Part shown: positions 1-10,500 of the stretch, piece after piece
Layout of the letters: each line of letters starts with the position of its first letter
How positions within the stretch are numbered: position 1 is the first letter of the stretch
NCBI GenBank assembly: GCA_965205015.1
Contig: OZ242029.1
Location: 3,328,001-3,392,000 of the forward strand
Direction: 5' to 3'
Length of the DNA stretch: 64,000 nt
Source of the DNA: Candidatus Poribacteria bacterium
GTDB taxonomy: Bacteria > Poribacteria > WGA-4E > WGA-3G
The notes under the pieces: generated by a model
What the model was told of the DNA's origin: nothing
Database searches by the model: none
The model's input: only the letters and a program-made list of their open reading frames with translations
Program-made: the position numbers and the translations under genes

Positions 1-297
1 TATTAAACTCCCGATTGGACTGAGGTTACTCTTTTTAAGGACCTTGATATCCTCTTTAGAGAGATCTTTTTTCGGGCGAAAAATGCAAAGCATCCTCTCA
101 TGCTCCATAGCGTTTTCAACAGCCGCAGTTGCCATCTTTCCGGTGAGTGCAACGTGATGTGGCGGAAAGGGTGGCACCGGCGGCATATATGGAAAAACGA
201 CGAGGTCATCTAAGGGGAGGAGTGGGAGTTCCTGTACCAGTTCTTCTTCAGTGGTATTTTCGTCTCTGTTTTCTTCTTCTCTCTCTTTGGTTTCCAT
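1..297 (-). CDS. lon: ATP-dependent Lon protease, N-terminal part (runs off the window start)
   Basis: Not in the ORF track. My translation from ATG at 297 (SD AAAGGAGAGA just upstream) gives METKEREEE...QELPLLPLDDLVVFPYM..., matching the LON N-domain start motif LP(L/V)LPLRD.V.FP. Confidence 0.75.
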   Translation of the reverse strand, partial: METKEREEENRDENTTEEELVQELPLLPLDDLVVFPYMPPVPPFPPHHVALTGKMATAAVENAMEHERMLCIFRPKKDLSKEDIKVLKKSNLSPIGSLI

Positions 298-352
298 GTT
301 TCTCTCCTTTTTAAAATAGATGTATCATTACGCATGAATTTATCGAACAGTG

Positions 353-369
353 TGCAATATCTGTGCCAA
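353..369 (-). promoter_or_regulatory. Sigma-54 (-24/-12) promoter upstream of lon
   Basis: Minus strand reads TTGGCACAGATATTGCA, matching YTGGCACGNNNNTTGCW with exact GG-N10-GC spacing, 55 nt upstream of the lon start. Confidence 0.7.
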
Positions 370-501
370 TAACAATTGCTTGAAATAACGGGAATTTCCA
401 CTAAATGTCTGCCAAACTGGCACAGTCTTAAAAAGGTTATGATGTCATCGGTCAATTTGACCTCTTGATAAGGAACGGATAGAGAGCACAATCGGAGAAC
501 A

Positions 502-2460
502 TCAGGGCCAAAATTGATATAGCGTAGTGTTTGCAAGAATGCTGCCGATGCTCCACAAACTTCCACTGATGTAATCTCCGAGGGCAAGTCCGAGGAAGAG
601 CGGCACCATACGTCTGTAAGCCTTGAGTCCTCCTTGATGCAATACAACTGCCTTTGCGACCCATGCAACGAAAAGACAGCTCCAGAGGTTGTACATGCCC
701 CAACTGTTTGCCATAGCATAGCCGAGTGGATGTAGGGGCCACCACAGGAAACGGGTTCGCAATAACATGAGTCCGAGAGCGACTCCTGCGCCGCCACCCA
801 TAAAGGCGAGAGCGGGGACATCCGTGCCCTGTGGATAATTCAACCAGTTTTCAAGTTGTCGATAAACGCCTCTGCCAAACCCTAATGCCCAGGGACCGTA
901 ATAACCGGTCTCTGCTCCATGTCTGTAGTAACTATCCAAGAGTAGCCAGAATATAACGATCGCACCGACGAGGGTCGCGATAACAATTGCCGCGGCGGTG
1001 TGCTGTGGACGGATTTGCCGTCGCTCTGAAATTTTCAATGCCTCTAATTCTTGCGGCATCGGGTGCGCTCGATAGGCTCGGTTGAAGAACATGTACAGCG
1101 AAAAAACCGTTTTTGTACGTGTCGTCAAACGCTGGGTGCCGAACGCTGTTACGATTAACCCGTGCGGGTCGACTCTGTGCAAGTCATGAACTAAGAATCC
1201 TAATTCTGCCCGAAGTCGGGCAATCATCGTCGCGAGCAAAAAATAAAGCCCGAAAAAGATCGGAATTACCCAAAGTGACATTCCTGCCTTATAGGAAAAC
1301 ATGGACAAAAACAGCATCCCGATCAAGATGCCGAGAAAAGCGATGTGATAAGGCATCGGTTCACGCTGCATCTCCACCTGAGATGTGCCTCGAAACCCAT
1401 CTACGACTCCGGTAAAAATCCGTTTGATATGCGTTCTGCCGACCCATCCAGCGGTCCCGAGAAGCACCATATATGCCCCGAAACTCTGGGCATCCGCATA
1501 AGGAAAACCCGGTAGATTCCGTATCCCAAGAATACTACCTGCCATTAACTCAAATTTGTATACCCAGTAGAACGCCCAGCACGAAAAAAGTAGATCCAGT
1601 GGAATGAGGAAACTAATCCCAATGGCAAAAGGATAAAACGAGAGACGCACACCCCCCATCGCATTCCAAGGGCGACCGGTGAAGTACTGATGGATGTTTT
1701 GCCGTTTAACGGGTAGATATGGAACTGCTGGATAAATCGAATTAAGTAAGTTTAGGATGCTAATGGCTACGGCAATACTGAAGCCCAACCACATCAGCTT
1801 GTTTTTGAAAAAACTTGTATTCGGCTCCGTCATCGCGAGCGGAAGTTGAATAATTGGATACGTCAGTCGTTCCCGCTCAGTCCATTGGATACGAAGCAGT
1901 GTGTTGATGCACAGCATAACGAACATCAACACGAGGATAAAAATTGTCCACCACACCACAGGAGCCGCCCAAGCGGTAAGATGTGCCTTTCGATAGAGGC
2001 TGGATTGCCCCTCATAATACCCCGATAAGACGCTGGTGTCTTGAACGGTTAGCCATGTCGGAAGTTCCTTCCAAAAAAGTTGCTGCCATTCATTCTCAGA
2101 CGTTGCGAACCGAAAAGGATGCCCGAGGATCGTAACAAGGATTTCCATCATATCGTGCGAGCAGAGCGAAGAAACAATGCACAACATGACGTAGATTGTA
2201 AGCAATTCCGCCGGGGTCAGCTTCAGTTTTGGAGATAATTTTCCCAATACTGCCCCGAACACCATCAGCCAAAAGATTATGAAAATGACATTGGACAGGG
2301 GATGAATTAACGTCGGATGTGTATAGCGGACAACTTCCAACTCGATAATCCAAAAAACGTTAAGAGGAATCAGAAGCATTGCGATGAGAAATGCTTTGGG
2401 TGTTAACCCACGTTCGCCTCTGAACAAGCTTCGCTCTACATCCCCTGTATTGTCTGTCAT
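502..2460 (-). CDS. Polytopic membrane protein, DUF6785/DUF6784-like (OPT-superfamily-like transporter)
   Basis: Many TM helices and motifs QW...ERL.YPI.QLP and RFLWWPLHPLGY. Start moved to MTDN (2460) because the ORF-track extension lies inside a repeat array. Confidence 0.7.
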   Translation of the reverse strand: MTDNTGDVERSLFRGERGLTPKAFLIAMLLIPLNVFWIIELEVVRYTHPTLIHPLSNVIFIIFWLMVFGAVLGKLSPKLKLTPAELLTIYVMLCIVSSLCSHDMMEILVTILGHPFRFATSENEWQQLFWKELPTWLTVQDTSVLSGYYEGQSSLYRKAHLTAWAAPVVWWTIFILVLMFVMLCINTLLRIQWTERERLTYPIIQLPLAMTEPNTSFFKNKLMWLGFSIAVAISILNLLNSIYPAVPYLPVKRQNIHQYFTGRPWNAMGGVRLSFYPFAIGISFLIPLDLLFSCWAFYWVYKFELMAGSILGIRNLPGFPYADAQSFGAYMVLLGTAGWVGRTHIKRIFTGVVDGFRGTSQVEMQREPMPYHIAFLGILIGMLFLSMFSYKAGMSLWVIPIFFGLYFLLATMIARLRAELGFLVHDLHRVDPHGLIVTAFGTQRLTTRTKTVFSLYMFFNRAYRAHPMPQELEALKISERRQIRPQHTAAAIVIATLVGAIVIFWLLLDSYYRHGAETGYYGPWALGFGRGVYRQLENWLNYPQGTDVPALAFMGGGAGVALGLMLLRTRFLWWPLHPLGYAMANSWGMYNLWSCLFVAWVAKAVVLHQGGLKAYRRMVPLFLGLALGDYISGSLWSIGSILANTTLYQFWP

Positions 2461-2481
2461 ATCTCTGACTCTTGCTTTTAC

Positions 2482-2697
2482 GGGCAACCACAAGGGATTG
2501 CCCCTACGGGCAACCATAAGGGATTGCTTCTATGGGCAACCATAAGGGATTGCTTCTATGGGCAACCATAAGCCCCTACGGGCAACCACAAGGGATTGCT
2601 TCTATGGGCAACCATAAGCCCCTACGGGCAACCACAAGGGATTGCCCCTACGGGCAACCATAAGCCCCTACGGGCAACCACAAGGGATTGCCCCTAC
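2482..2697 (-). repeat. Tandem array of 9 GTAG-type REP-like palindromes (six 26-nt and three 20-nt units)
   Basis: Plus-strand units are gggcaaccacaagggattgcccctac, gggcaaccayaagggattgcttctat and gggcaaccataagcccctac. The reverse strand reads GTAGGGGCAATCCCTTGTGGTTGCCC (GTAG plus hairpin). There are no unique spacers. Confidence 0.85.
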
Positions 2698-2700
2698 TAT

Positions 2701-3951
2701 CTATCGAATCCACCCGCGTTCGCCTTCTATGAACACCTCCGTTTTCAATTCTGCGCAACGTCGCTGATAATTCTGTAAGGTGTCTACTGCTGCCGTACCA
2801 GTTAGGATGCTCGGAAACTGATTGGCAACTTGTAGAGGCGAAGTTACCTCGCCCTTACTTTCCTTGGGTTTTCCTGGACGGACAGAGGTTTTCGGCGGAT
2901 CCGTCAAAATTGGGATCAACTCAATTGACTTCAAAGTTTTAGCGTCAAACGTTGCTTTCGGGATGACTATGTGCGAGTGCTGTTTATTGTAAGCATCATA
3001 GATAAAATCTGAGAGACTGTAAACAATCGGTTTGTCTTGGTATAACTCAATACCACCAAACGTATGGAGTTGTTGGCATACCACCATGTCGGCGCCTGCG
3101 TCGATGAGGGCATTGGCAAAAATCCGCTGACGGTCGATCGCCTCATTCATAGAGTGGCTTCTGCTTCCCCAGTGTAACCAGACGAGCACAAGTGCTGCTT
3201 TCGTCCGAATCTGTTCGACAGCATTTATCATTTCGCTGTAAACGGCATAGGCAATTGGGTCCTCCGTGTAACGTGCGAATTCGTTCACTCGGTAATACGC
3301 TAACAACGCGACCTGCGCAGTCTCAGTTTCACCTCGCCTGACGGGTACCCATGCAGGTAGTTTCGCGGTTTCCCTGCTTGTACCAGCACCGATCGGTTTG
3401 ACATTATACCATTCCAGTTCTGTAATCGTATCTGCCAACGCTTCAAAACCGAAGTCCATTATATGTGGGGTGGCTAAGGAGACAGCATCAAATCCAGCGT
3501 TCGCAATAGCGCTGCCGACTCCCGGTGCCGCCCGAAAAGGATGTTCAATCCCGTACCGCGGTTCACCTCTTTCCGATATGCTCGTGTTCAGGGAAGCGGT
3601 CGCGACATCCGCGGATTGAATTAAATCAGTCGTGCCCTGAAAAAACACACCAGCCCCTTTGCTCTCAATCAAGGGGGTCATCCGGCTACTAATCGTAATA
3701 TCGCCGACGACAAGAACTGAAATTTCCTTTGAGGAAACGGATTCATCCGCTGCGATTTGCCCGGTAATTCCACCGAAGATCGTCATAAGAGTCGCTATGA
3801 GCAGCGTAGCGATTGGCAGTCGGAAACCGTCAGCAATCAGTTTCCACGGGCGACGCGTTCCCTTCTCGCAAGATGGATTTGCATTGACAATGCCACTGAC
3901 GGTTAGTGACTGACGACTGAAGGGTATAGCGGTGTATCTAATTTTCGTCAT
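2701..3951 (-). CDS. CapA family (PGA_cap) metallophosphoesterase-like protein
   Basis: VGDI, SLATPHIMDFG (cf. SLANNH..D.G), LHWG, DAGAD.V and IVYSLSDF motifs, with an N-terminal hydrophobic segment. Confidence 0.8.
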   Translation of the reverse strand: MTKIRYTAIPFSRQSLTVSGIVNANPSCEKGTRRPWKLIADGFRLPIATLLIATLMTIFGGITGQIAADESVSSKEISVLVVGDITISSRMTPLIESKGAGVFFQGTTDLIQSADVATASLNTSISERGEPRYGIEHPFRAAPGVGSAIANAGFDAVSLATPHIMDFGFEALADTITELEWYNVKPIGAGTSRETAKLPAWVPVRRGETETAQVALLAYYRVNEFARYTEDPIAYAVYSEMINAVEQIRTKAALVLVWLHWGSRSHSMNEAIDRQRIFANALIDAGADMVVCQQLHTFGGIELYQDKPIVYSLSDFIYDAYNKQHSHIVIPKATFDAKTLKSIELIPILTDPPKTSVRPGKPKESKGEVTSPLQVANQFPSILTGTAAVDTLQNYQRRCAELKTEVFIEGERGWIR

Positions 3952-4609
3952 TTTCCAAGTTTCTATCTAAGGCTTCATCGAGATCCAGATTAATTCCGAA
4001 TTCATCCAGCAAGTCATCATTTTTCAATTTCATCCCAAGCATAATGAGGGTTTCGGCTAAAGTTAACCGATCGACTTTGGCTGTTTCAAGGGTTTCGGTT
4101 TCAGAAACCAACTCTGTGCGTAGAGATTCCTGGTTTCGGCGCGCTTGCTCTCGCAAGAGTTTCACTTCGTTGGTGAGCCGATCAATTTGTTTCTGGAACT
4201 CACTGGCGAAATCATTGATGAGGGTTGACAATTTCTGGAGGTCTGCCTCACTGCGTGCAGTAATCCCATCAAGCCTTGCATCAAGTTTCGCGTCGATAAG
4301 TCCCTCAATTTTTTCTAATGTTAACCCTAAATCTTCGCCCCCAAGTTTGTCGGACAGACTGCGAATATCAGTTTTGACCGCTGCGATTTCCTCGGAGACG
4401 TGTCCATGTACACCAGCGAGTTTGTCATCAACCAGCTGTCGTATGTCCTCTAATTCTTGGTTGAGAGTGCGCAAACGTTTGTTGTAACTCTTGATATACC
4501 TACCGATTATGCTGTCGCGGAGATGTGCCTCCAGCTGATCTCGCGCTGGAACTTCTTCAGTGTCCATACTGTCATGTTCCAAACCTTGGATATCTATCGG
4601 GTTTCGCAT
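3938..4609 (-). CDS. Hypothetical coiled-coil protein
   Basis: 223-aa heptad-rich acidic ORF with SD GGAGG upstream; overlaps the start of the CapA-family gene. Confidence 0.65.
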   Translation of the reverse strand: MRNPIDIQGLEHDSMDTEEVPARDQLEAHLRDSIIGRYIKSYNKRLRTLNQELEDIRQLVDDKLAGVHGHVSEEIAAVKTDIRSLSDKLGGEDLGLTLEKIEGLIDAKLDARLDGITARSEADLQKLSTLINDFASEFQKQIDRLTNEVKLLREQARRNQESLRTELVSETETLETAKVDRLTLAETLIMLGMKLKNDDLLDEFGINLDLDEALDRNLENDEN

Positions 4610-4722
4610 GTATAGTGTTCCTCCGTTTTTATGGCTATCGCCTATCGGTAGTCGATTGTCGGGTATACTTTGTGGGTACCCACTTGGGCAGGCACAAGAT
4701 AGGTCCCTGCTGCTGACAGTTC

Positions 4723-5775
4723 CTACGGATAGTTATAGACGTTATCGGATTGACTCGGTGTGTCGGCATCTTCAAAACCAATATCTGATTGTGCGGATGC
4801 CTCACGATTCGCATTAAATTCGCGTAAGATACAACTAACTATCTCTTCCGTATAGGCTTGGGCATCAACACGTTGTTGATTTGCTTCCCATGCCATCCGT
4901 GCTGCTGCTTCAAAATATTCTGCGTGTTTGTAAGCATCAAGGAGATCTTTACCGCGTGAAAATGTTCCATGCCCTACCCAATAAAGAATATGCCGCTCGG
5001 CGTTCCCGCCATTCTGGAAAAGGCGTAGACTCTCATAAGATAACTCTGGAATGCCGGGTGCCTTCTCTTCCACAAACCCGATACCGCTGGATTCATCGTA
5101 TATGATAGGCGTTTCCGGTTCGTATCCTCTGAGGAAGTTGTAAAACCGATCAGGGACCCCGTGTTCTGTACGAGAAATGAGATTCAAAAACTTCGGTTGC
5201 AAGTGCACAAGGGCATTAAATCCACACCCTTCTAACTGCTCAAAAATAAGGAGATAATGGAACATTTCACTTGTCGGTGCTGGTGGCGCGATACCCTCTC
5301 GATTCAGCTCTAAGACCGCTTGGTCGGGGGTGCCGAAGCGCATGCGGTAGTGTACGCCATCGGGTTCGACTTCAATGAGTGTTAAATTGAGGGCAGGATG
5401 TTCAATGCCAATCATATCCAAACGTGAGCCTGACTTTGTGAGCAGGACATGTCTTCCAGCTAGCCCTTTAACAACAATCTGTGGGGGCAGTTGGTAGCGC
5501 GGCGAAGCATTGTAAGAGATGAGACAGGCATCCTCGACCGTTTCAGTTAACACTGCGCCCATATTGCCAGCAGTCGCCCATAAATATTCGTGGGCGTGGG
5601 CGTGGGCGCCGACCCAGCCCATTTGCCCTATCAGCGTTCCACATTCGCTGTCCGGTGAAATCGGACGCAGGTCGGGATGGTATCCCCGCTCGCGCCAGCG
5701 TTCGTGACGATAACTTTGTGGTGGAGGGGCTGTTAGCGCGTTTGTCAGATACGGATTGGTTAATGTTGAATCCAT
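4723..5775 (-). CDS. Class II aldolase/adducin family protein (rhamnulose-1-phosphate aldolase-like)
   Basis: AGN motif, PTSEMFH, ALVHLQP and WVGHG motifs resembling RhaD. Confidence 0.65.
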   Translation of the reverse strand: MDSTLTNPYLTNALTAPPPQSYRHERWRERGYHPDLRPISPDSECGTLIGQMGWVGAHAHAHEYLWATAGNMGAVLTETVEDACLISYNASPRYQLPPQIVVKGLAGRHVLLTKSGSRLDMIGIEHPALNLTLIEVEPDGVHYRMRFGTPDQAVLELNREGIAPPAPTSEMFHYLLIFEQLEGCGFNALVHLQPKFLNLISRTEHGVPDRFYNFLRGYEPETPIIYDESSGIGFVEEKAPGIPELSYESLRLFQNGGNAERHILYWVGHGTFSRGKDLLDAYKHAEYFEAAARMAWEANQQRVDAQAYTEEIVSCILREFNANREASAQSDIGFEDADTPSQSDNVYNYP

Positions 5776-5989
5776 TTTTTAAATTATACCTTGCGGATTT
5801 TTTAATTTTTCCTTTTCACCAAAACGATTTACTTGTCCTTTAACTATACCATGTCTAAAACGAAATAGCAAATTTTTAGTGGACGAATTGATCCGCGTTA
5901 CGGTTGTTTTTTGACACCTTCGTTTTTATATGGTATAATACTAAAATTAAAATTGAAAGGAGTCGAGGGAGGCGTGCGGCGAGGTGTCT

Positions 5990-6106
5990 TTTCTTCATTA
6001 AAAACATAGCCTGCAACAATACGCAGAAACGCGCAGGTGGGTCTACGAAAGGGGACGTCATTGACACAACCACCCTCACTGAACCGCAAGGTAAAATTAA
6101 AAAATG
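5990..6106 (+). repeat. Interspersed ~110-nt element, family B (AGCCTGCAACAA...GCAGG...CCGCAAGGWAWAWTTWAAAA)
   Basis: Clear similarity to the copies at 44796-44895 and 49450-49556 (minus strand) and a partial copy at 5773-5796. Confidence 0.7.
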
Positions 6107-7492
6107 CGAAGGGAAACAGATAGTATGGGGACGCTTCACGTCCCAGGAGACCGATATTGGGGGGCACAAACACAACGTGCGCTCCAAAATTTTAAAATTG
6201 GTGAAGAACGTTTGCCGCGTGCCGCGATATGGGCACTCGGTACCATTAAACAGGCGGTTGCGCACGTCAACGCAGACCTCGGTTTGCTCGAAAATCGGCT
6301 TGCTGAAGCCATCAGCGGTGCAGCACAAGAAGTTATTGATGGGACATTAGACGATCACTTTCCACTCCGTATTTGGCAGACGGGTAGTGGCACCCAAACA
6401 AACATGAATGTCAATGAAGTCATCTCGAATCGGGCAATTGAGATGCTTGGCGGTGAGTTGGGAAGTAAAGACCCGATCCATCCGAACGACCACGTCAACA
6501 AATCCCAATCCACAAATGATGTCTTTCCAACTGCTATTCATTTGGCGATGGTCCGACAGATTCAAGAGCATCTCTTACCGCGCCTGAGTTCTCTGCAAAC
6601 GGCATTTGCAGAGAAGGTGTCTGCCTTTGCGGAGATTGTTAAGATCGGACGAACCCATCTGATGGATGCGACACCCCTCACGCTTGGGCAGGAATTTAGT
6701 GCTTACACGCAACAACTCGTTGCCGCAGAACAACGTATCAATGCTTCGCTGCCGCATCTTTCTGAACTTCCAATTGGTGGAACCGCTGTTGGGACGGGGC
6801 TAAATACACATCCGGACTATACGGCGCGGGTTGTGGCAAAGTTATCAGAAACAACAGGTTATGAACTCAGGCGCGCATCGAACGCATTTGAGGCACTCGC
6901 GTGTCGAGATGCCGTTGTGAGTGCAAGCGGTGCCTTGAAAACACTGGCGGTGGCTCTATTTAAGATTGCAAACGATATCCGGTGGCTCGCTTCGGGACCT
7001 CGGTGTGGACTCGGTGAATTGCAGTTACCTGAGATGGAACCCGGAAGCTCGATTATGCCGGGAAAAGTGAATCCAACGCAATGTGAAGCCGTCACGATGG
7101 TGTGCGCACAGGTGATGGGAAATGATACAACCTTGGCATTTGCCGGGGCAAATGGGGCATTGCAATTGAATGTGTTTATGCCTGTGATTGCCTATAACGC
7201 TTTACAATCTATACAACTCCTTGGCGATGCGTGTGCGTCATTCCGTGAGAATTGTGTCGAAAGTATCGTGCCAAATACTGAAACAATAGAGCGGCATCTC
7301 TCGGAATCATTGATGCTTGTGACTGCATTGACCCCGCATATTGGATATGATAAGGCGGCAAAGGTTGCGCAATATGCGCATGAACACGGAAGCACACTAC
7401 GCGAGGCGGCTATTGCCCTTGAGGTGCTGACAGGTGAGGCGTTTGATGAACTTGTTTTGCCGGGGGAAATGACGCGCCCGAATTTGCAATAA
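6104..7492 (+). CDS. fumC: Fumarate hydratase class II
   Basis: Signature [15 protein letters not shown], plus [12 protein letters not shown] and [12 protein letters not shown]. Confidence 0.97.
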   Translation: MRRETDSMGTLHVPGDRYWGAQTQRALQNFKIGEERLPRAAIWALGTIKQAVAHVNADLGLLENRLAEAISGAAQEVIDGTLDDHFPLRIWQTGSGTQTNMNVNEVISNRAIEMLGGELGSKDPIHPNDHVNKSQSTNDVFPTAIHLAMVRQIQEHLLPRLSSLQTAFAEKVSAFAEIVKIGRTHLMDATPLTLGQEFSAYTQQLVAAEQRINASLPHLSELPIGGTAVGTGLNTHPDYTARVVAKLSETTGYELRRASNAFEALACRDAVVSASGALKTLAVALFKIANDIRWLASGPRCGLGELQLPEMEPGSSIMPGKVNPTQCEAVTMVCAQVMGNDTTLAFAGANGALQLNVFMPVIAYNALQSIQLLGDACASFRENCVESIVPNTETIERHLSESLMLVTALTPHIGYDKAAKVAQYAHEHGSTLREAAIALEVLTGEAFDELVLPGEMTRPNLQ

Positions 7493-7597
7493 ATGGTTAT
7501 CGGTTATCGGTTAAAGAGGTTTTTGACTTAACCAAACTGCCTCTTAACCGATAACCGAAAGAAAGTCTGCGTAGCAGATTGCCGTACTGACAACTAC
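7493..7597. repeat. Heptamer-armed palindromic intergenic element, family A; possible bidirectional terminator between fumC and rpoC
   Basis: (GGTTATC)n-GGTTAAAGAGG...CCTCTTAACC-GATAACC inverted arms. Confidence 0.7.
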
Positions 7598-10500
7598 TTA
7601 ATCATCATCACCAGCTTCGCCTATTTCTGGCTCAGTGGCGGATACCTCTAAGTTTTGGAAACTGGAGAATCCACTTCCAGCGGGTATAAGTCTACCGAGA
7701 ATAACGTTTTCCTTCAGCCCGAAGAGTCTATCGGTCTGTCCACTAACAGCTGCATCCGTTAGCACCTTCGTTGTTTGCTGGAAGGAGGCGGCTGAGATGA
7801 AGCTATCTGTACTTAAGGCTGCTTTACTGATGCTTTGAAGAATCGGTTCACCCGTTGCAGGCGTGCCGCCTGTTTCTTCAATCTCACTATTAACGCGTTC
7901 AAATTGCTTGCGTTGCACTTCATCGTTGGGATAGAAGTTTGTGTCGCCCGGCTCAGTGATGAGAATTTTGGTTAACATCTGTCGGACGATTGCCTCAACG
8001 TGTTTATCGTTGATAATTCCCTTGCCGTAAACTTTCTGGACTTCATCGACGAGATATGACCAGACCGCCTCTTCACCCTCAACCGATACACCTTCAATAG
8101 TCGTACGCCCGATACTCAAAATATCGTGTGGATTGAGATAACCATCGGTGAGGGGTTCACCGGCATTCACCCAATCGTCTTCAGCGACGCGTCGTTTCTC
8201 GTCAGGTATCTGGTAGAGACGACTCTGATAGCCTTCGTGCTCAATGCGGTAGGCAGGGATCCCTGATTTTGTGCCAGCGGATTGGACGTAGCCTTCAATT
8301 TCAGCGATTTCTGCGGCTTCATCGCGTTTTGGACGGCGCGCTTCAAACAATTCAGTGACACGTGGGATACCCACAACAATGTCAAGGTTCGCTGTTCTTT
8401 CATGGAGTTCTGCCAGCGTTTCTCCCTTCTGAATGCTATCACCCTCTGTTAGAGAGAAGGAGTAACCTGTAGGAATGACATGGGGCACCCGATTTCCATC
8501 CGATGTTTCGACTTCAATACGCATCCGCAACGACAATTCATCGACCTCGAATCCGGGGTACCGTTTCACTGCCTGATCGTACGCTTCTTCAGACAATTCG
8601 TCGCCAAGGGCGTACTTGAAATTGGGATGATGGACCTCGGTGATGGTATGGGTCACCTTCTGATTCGCTTTCTCAAGGGCACGGAATTTCTTTGAAGATA
8701 GAATCGTCCCAACCTCGAGCGGTTCATCAACATCCCGGCTATCTTCCGTGATCCGGTAAACTAACTCAGTATCGAACCCTTTGAATTTGCGGTTATACGT
8801 CTTATATTCTTCTTCACTCAGTTCAGTACCAACCTCCAAGTTCAATTCAGAGTGATGGACACTAACGACCTTGTAGAGTCCCTTGACTTTCTCCGGTAAC
8901 GAAGCATCCGTCTTACGGAGTGCCTTATACTCGATCTCGGTGAGACGTTGACCGACACTTAACGCTGTCGTCCCATCTTCGATGTTTGTCACTTCGTACT
9001 GACGGGTAACTTCAAAGCCTTTGTAATTTCGGCGGTTTGCGGATGATTCCTTTTGTGTCAAAAGACCGTCAACTTGTAGTGGACAGTCAGGATGATTAAC
9101 CGATGTGATACGGTACATGCGTTCTGCGGCAAAGCCACCCGCGGTGCTCTTACTTTCCGAAGTGGTGAACCCAGGGTAGCGTTCATCGGACTGCTTTTTC
9201 TCATTTTCAGTAAGCAGATCTCCCGGTTTGAGATCGCAGTCCGGATGAAGTGCCTGTGTTACACGGTGGCGTAGGGGCGGTGCATCAAAACCTGGAAACC
9301 GTTTGTGTAAACGGGGTAAAGCTGTCTCGCTCAATTCTTCGCCTTCTGTAAGGGGGCATTCGGGATGATACACAACCGTCACATAGTGCTGTTCAACATC
9401 CTGTTTTTCAACTTTAAATGCGCGTTCAAGGTGTTGATACTCTGTGCGGGCATCCTCGTACTCACGGGCCGTTAACGTCTGATCGACTGCAAAATCAGCA
9501 ACGTCTGTATGTACAACGTAAACGGGTTTTGCCTCAATCTCAAATGGATTCAGCAACGGAGCGATTGCCTCTGGGGCCACTTCGTCTCCTACCTTAAATC
9601 CGAAATCTTTGCTGGTCCCCTTATCTATCTCGGTTATACAGTACACACGATTAAAGCTTGCATCCCGTCCAGAGGGATTCGCAGTATCGGGGCCATCAGC
9701 GGATCCATTCGTCCGATCAGAAGAAGCAGTACCTGCAGCTGCTGTAAGGTTTTCAATAGCAATACGCTCGCCTGTTTCTGCATCCAAGTAATGCCATTCT
9801 CCACTGACGCCTTGCCGGACCTCTGCTCTCAATTGCTCTATCTCTGCTTCAGTAAGTTGGGTGTCAACACGCAATGGAAGCTTAGGGTGTTGCACTCGCG
9901 TTACTCGGTATTTTGGGGTCACAAATCGTTGGAAGCCATATTCCATCTGTGCCTTGACGTATTCTGCCTGAGACAGTCTGTCCCCTACCTTCAGATCACA
10001 GTCGCTATCCAAAACCTCTGTGACTTGATACAGCCATGTTTTCGTATCAAAGCCTTTATAGCGTTCCGTGTTTTCCATGTACTGCTTCTCACTGAGCAGT
10101 TCATCTTCACGCAATTGACAATGCGGATGATTAATTTTCTGGACCTTATATGCTAGACCATCGAGGTTGCCTCTGTTTTCGGTAGCGACCCAGAGTTCGC
10201 CCTCCTCTTCGACCGTCCGACCGGGTTGGAAGTCTCGGAAGTACACGGTGCCGCTGGCTTTAGACAAAATTCTGCGCTGACGCGCTTCTGAAACATCTTC
10301 AACGGCACCACCGGTGTGGAACGTCCGCATGGTGAGCTGCGTCCCCGGTTCACCGATAGACTGTGCTGCAATGATGCCGACAGCTTCACCAACGTTGACG
10401 AGGTCATTCGTCGTTAAATCGTTACCGTAACATTTTGCACAAATGCCATCGTCGGTTTGGCACGTGAGTACAGATCGCACTTTTACCACGCGTATGCCAA

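Noticed and set aside
414-436. Second sigma-54-like TGGCAC on the plus strand
   Set aside because: Lacks TTGC at the required spacing.
210-821. 203-aa minus-strand ORF and the 3..209 ORF
   Set aside because: Off-frame shadows of the DUF6785-like gene and lon, with no recognisable motifs.
2482-2697. Possible CRISPR array
   Set aside because: Units are contiguous with no unique spacers, no cas genes are present, and the GTAG-hairpin structure fits REP elements.
8384-10305. Intein in rpoC (or in the rpoB inserts)
   Set aside because: No C/S...HN-C/S/T splice junctions or LAGLIDADG motifs. The inserts are repeat-built and lie at known lineage-specific insertion sites.
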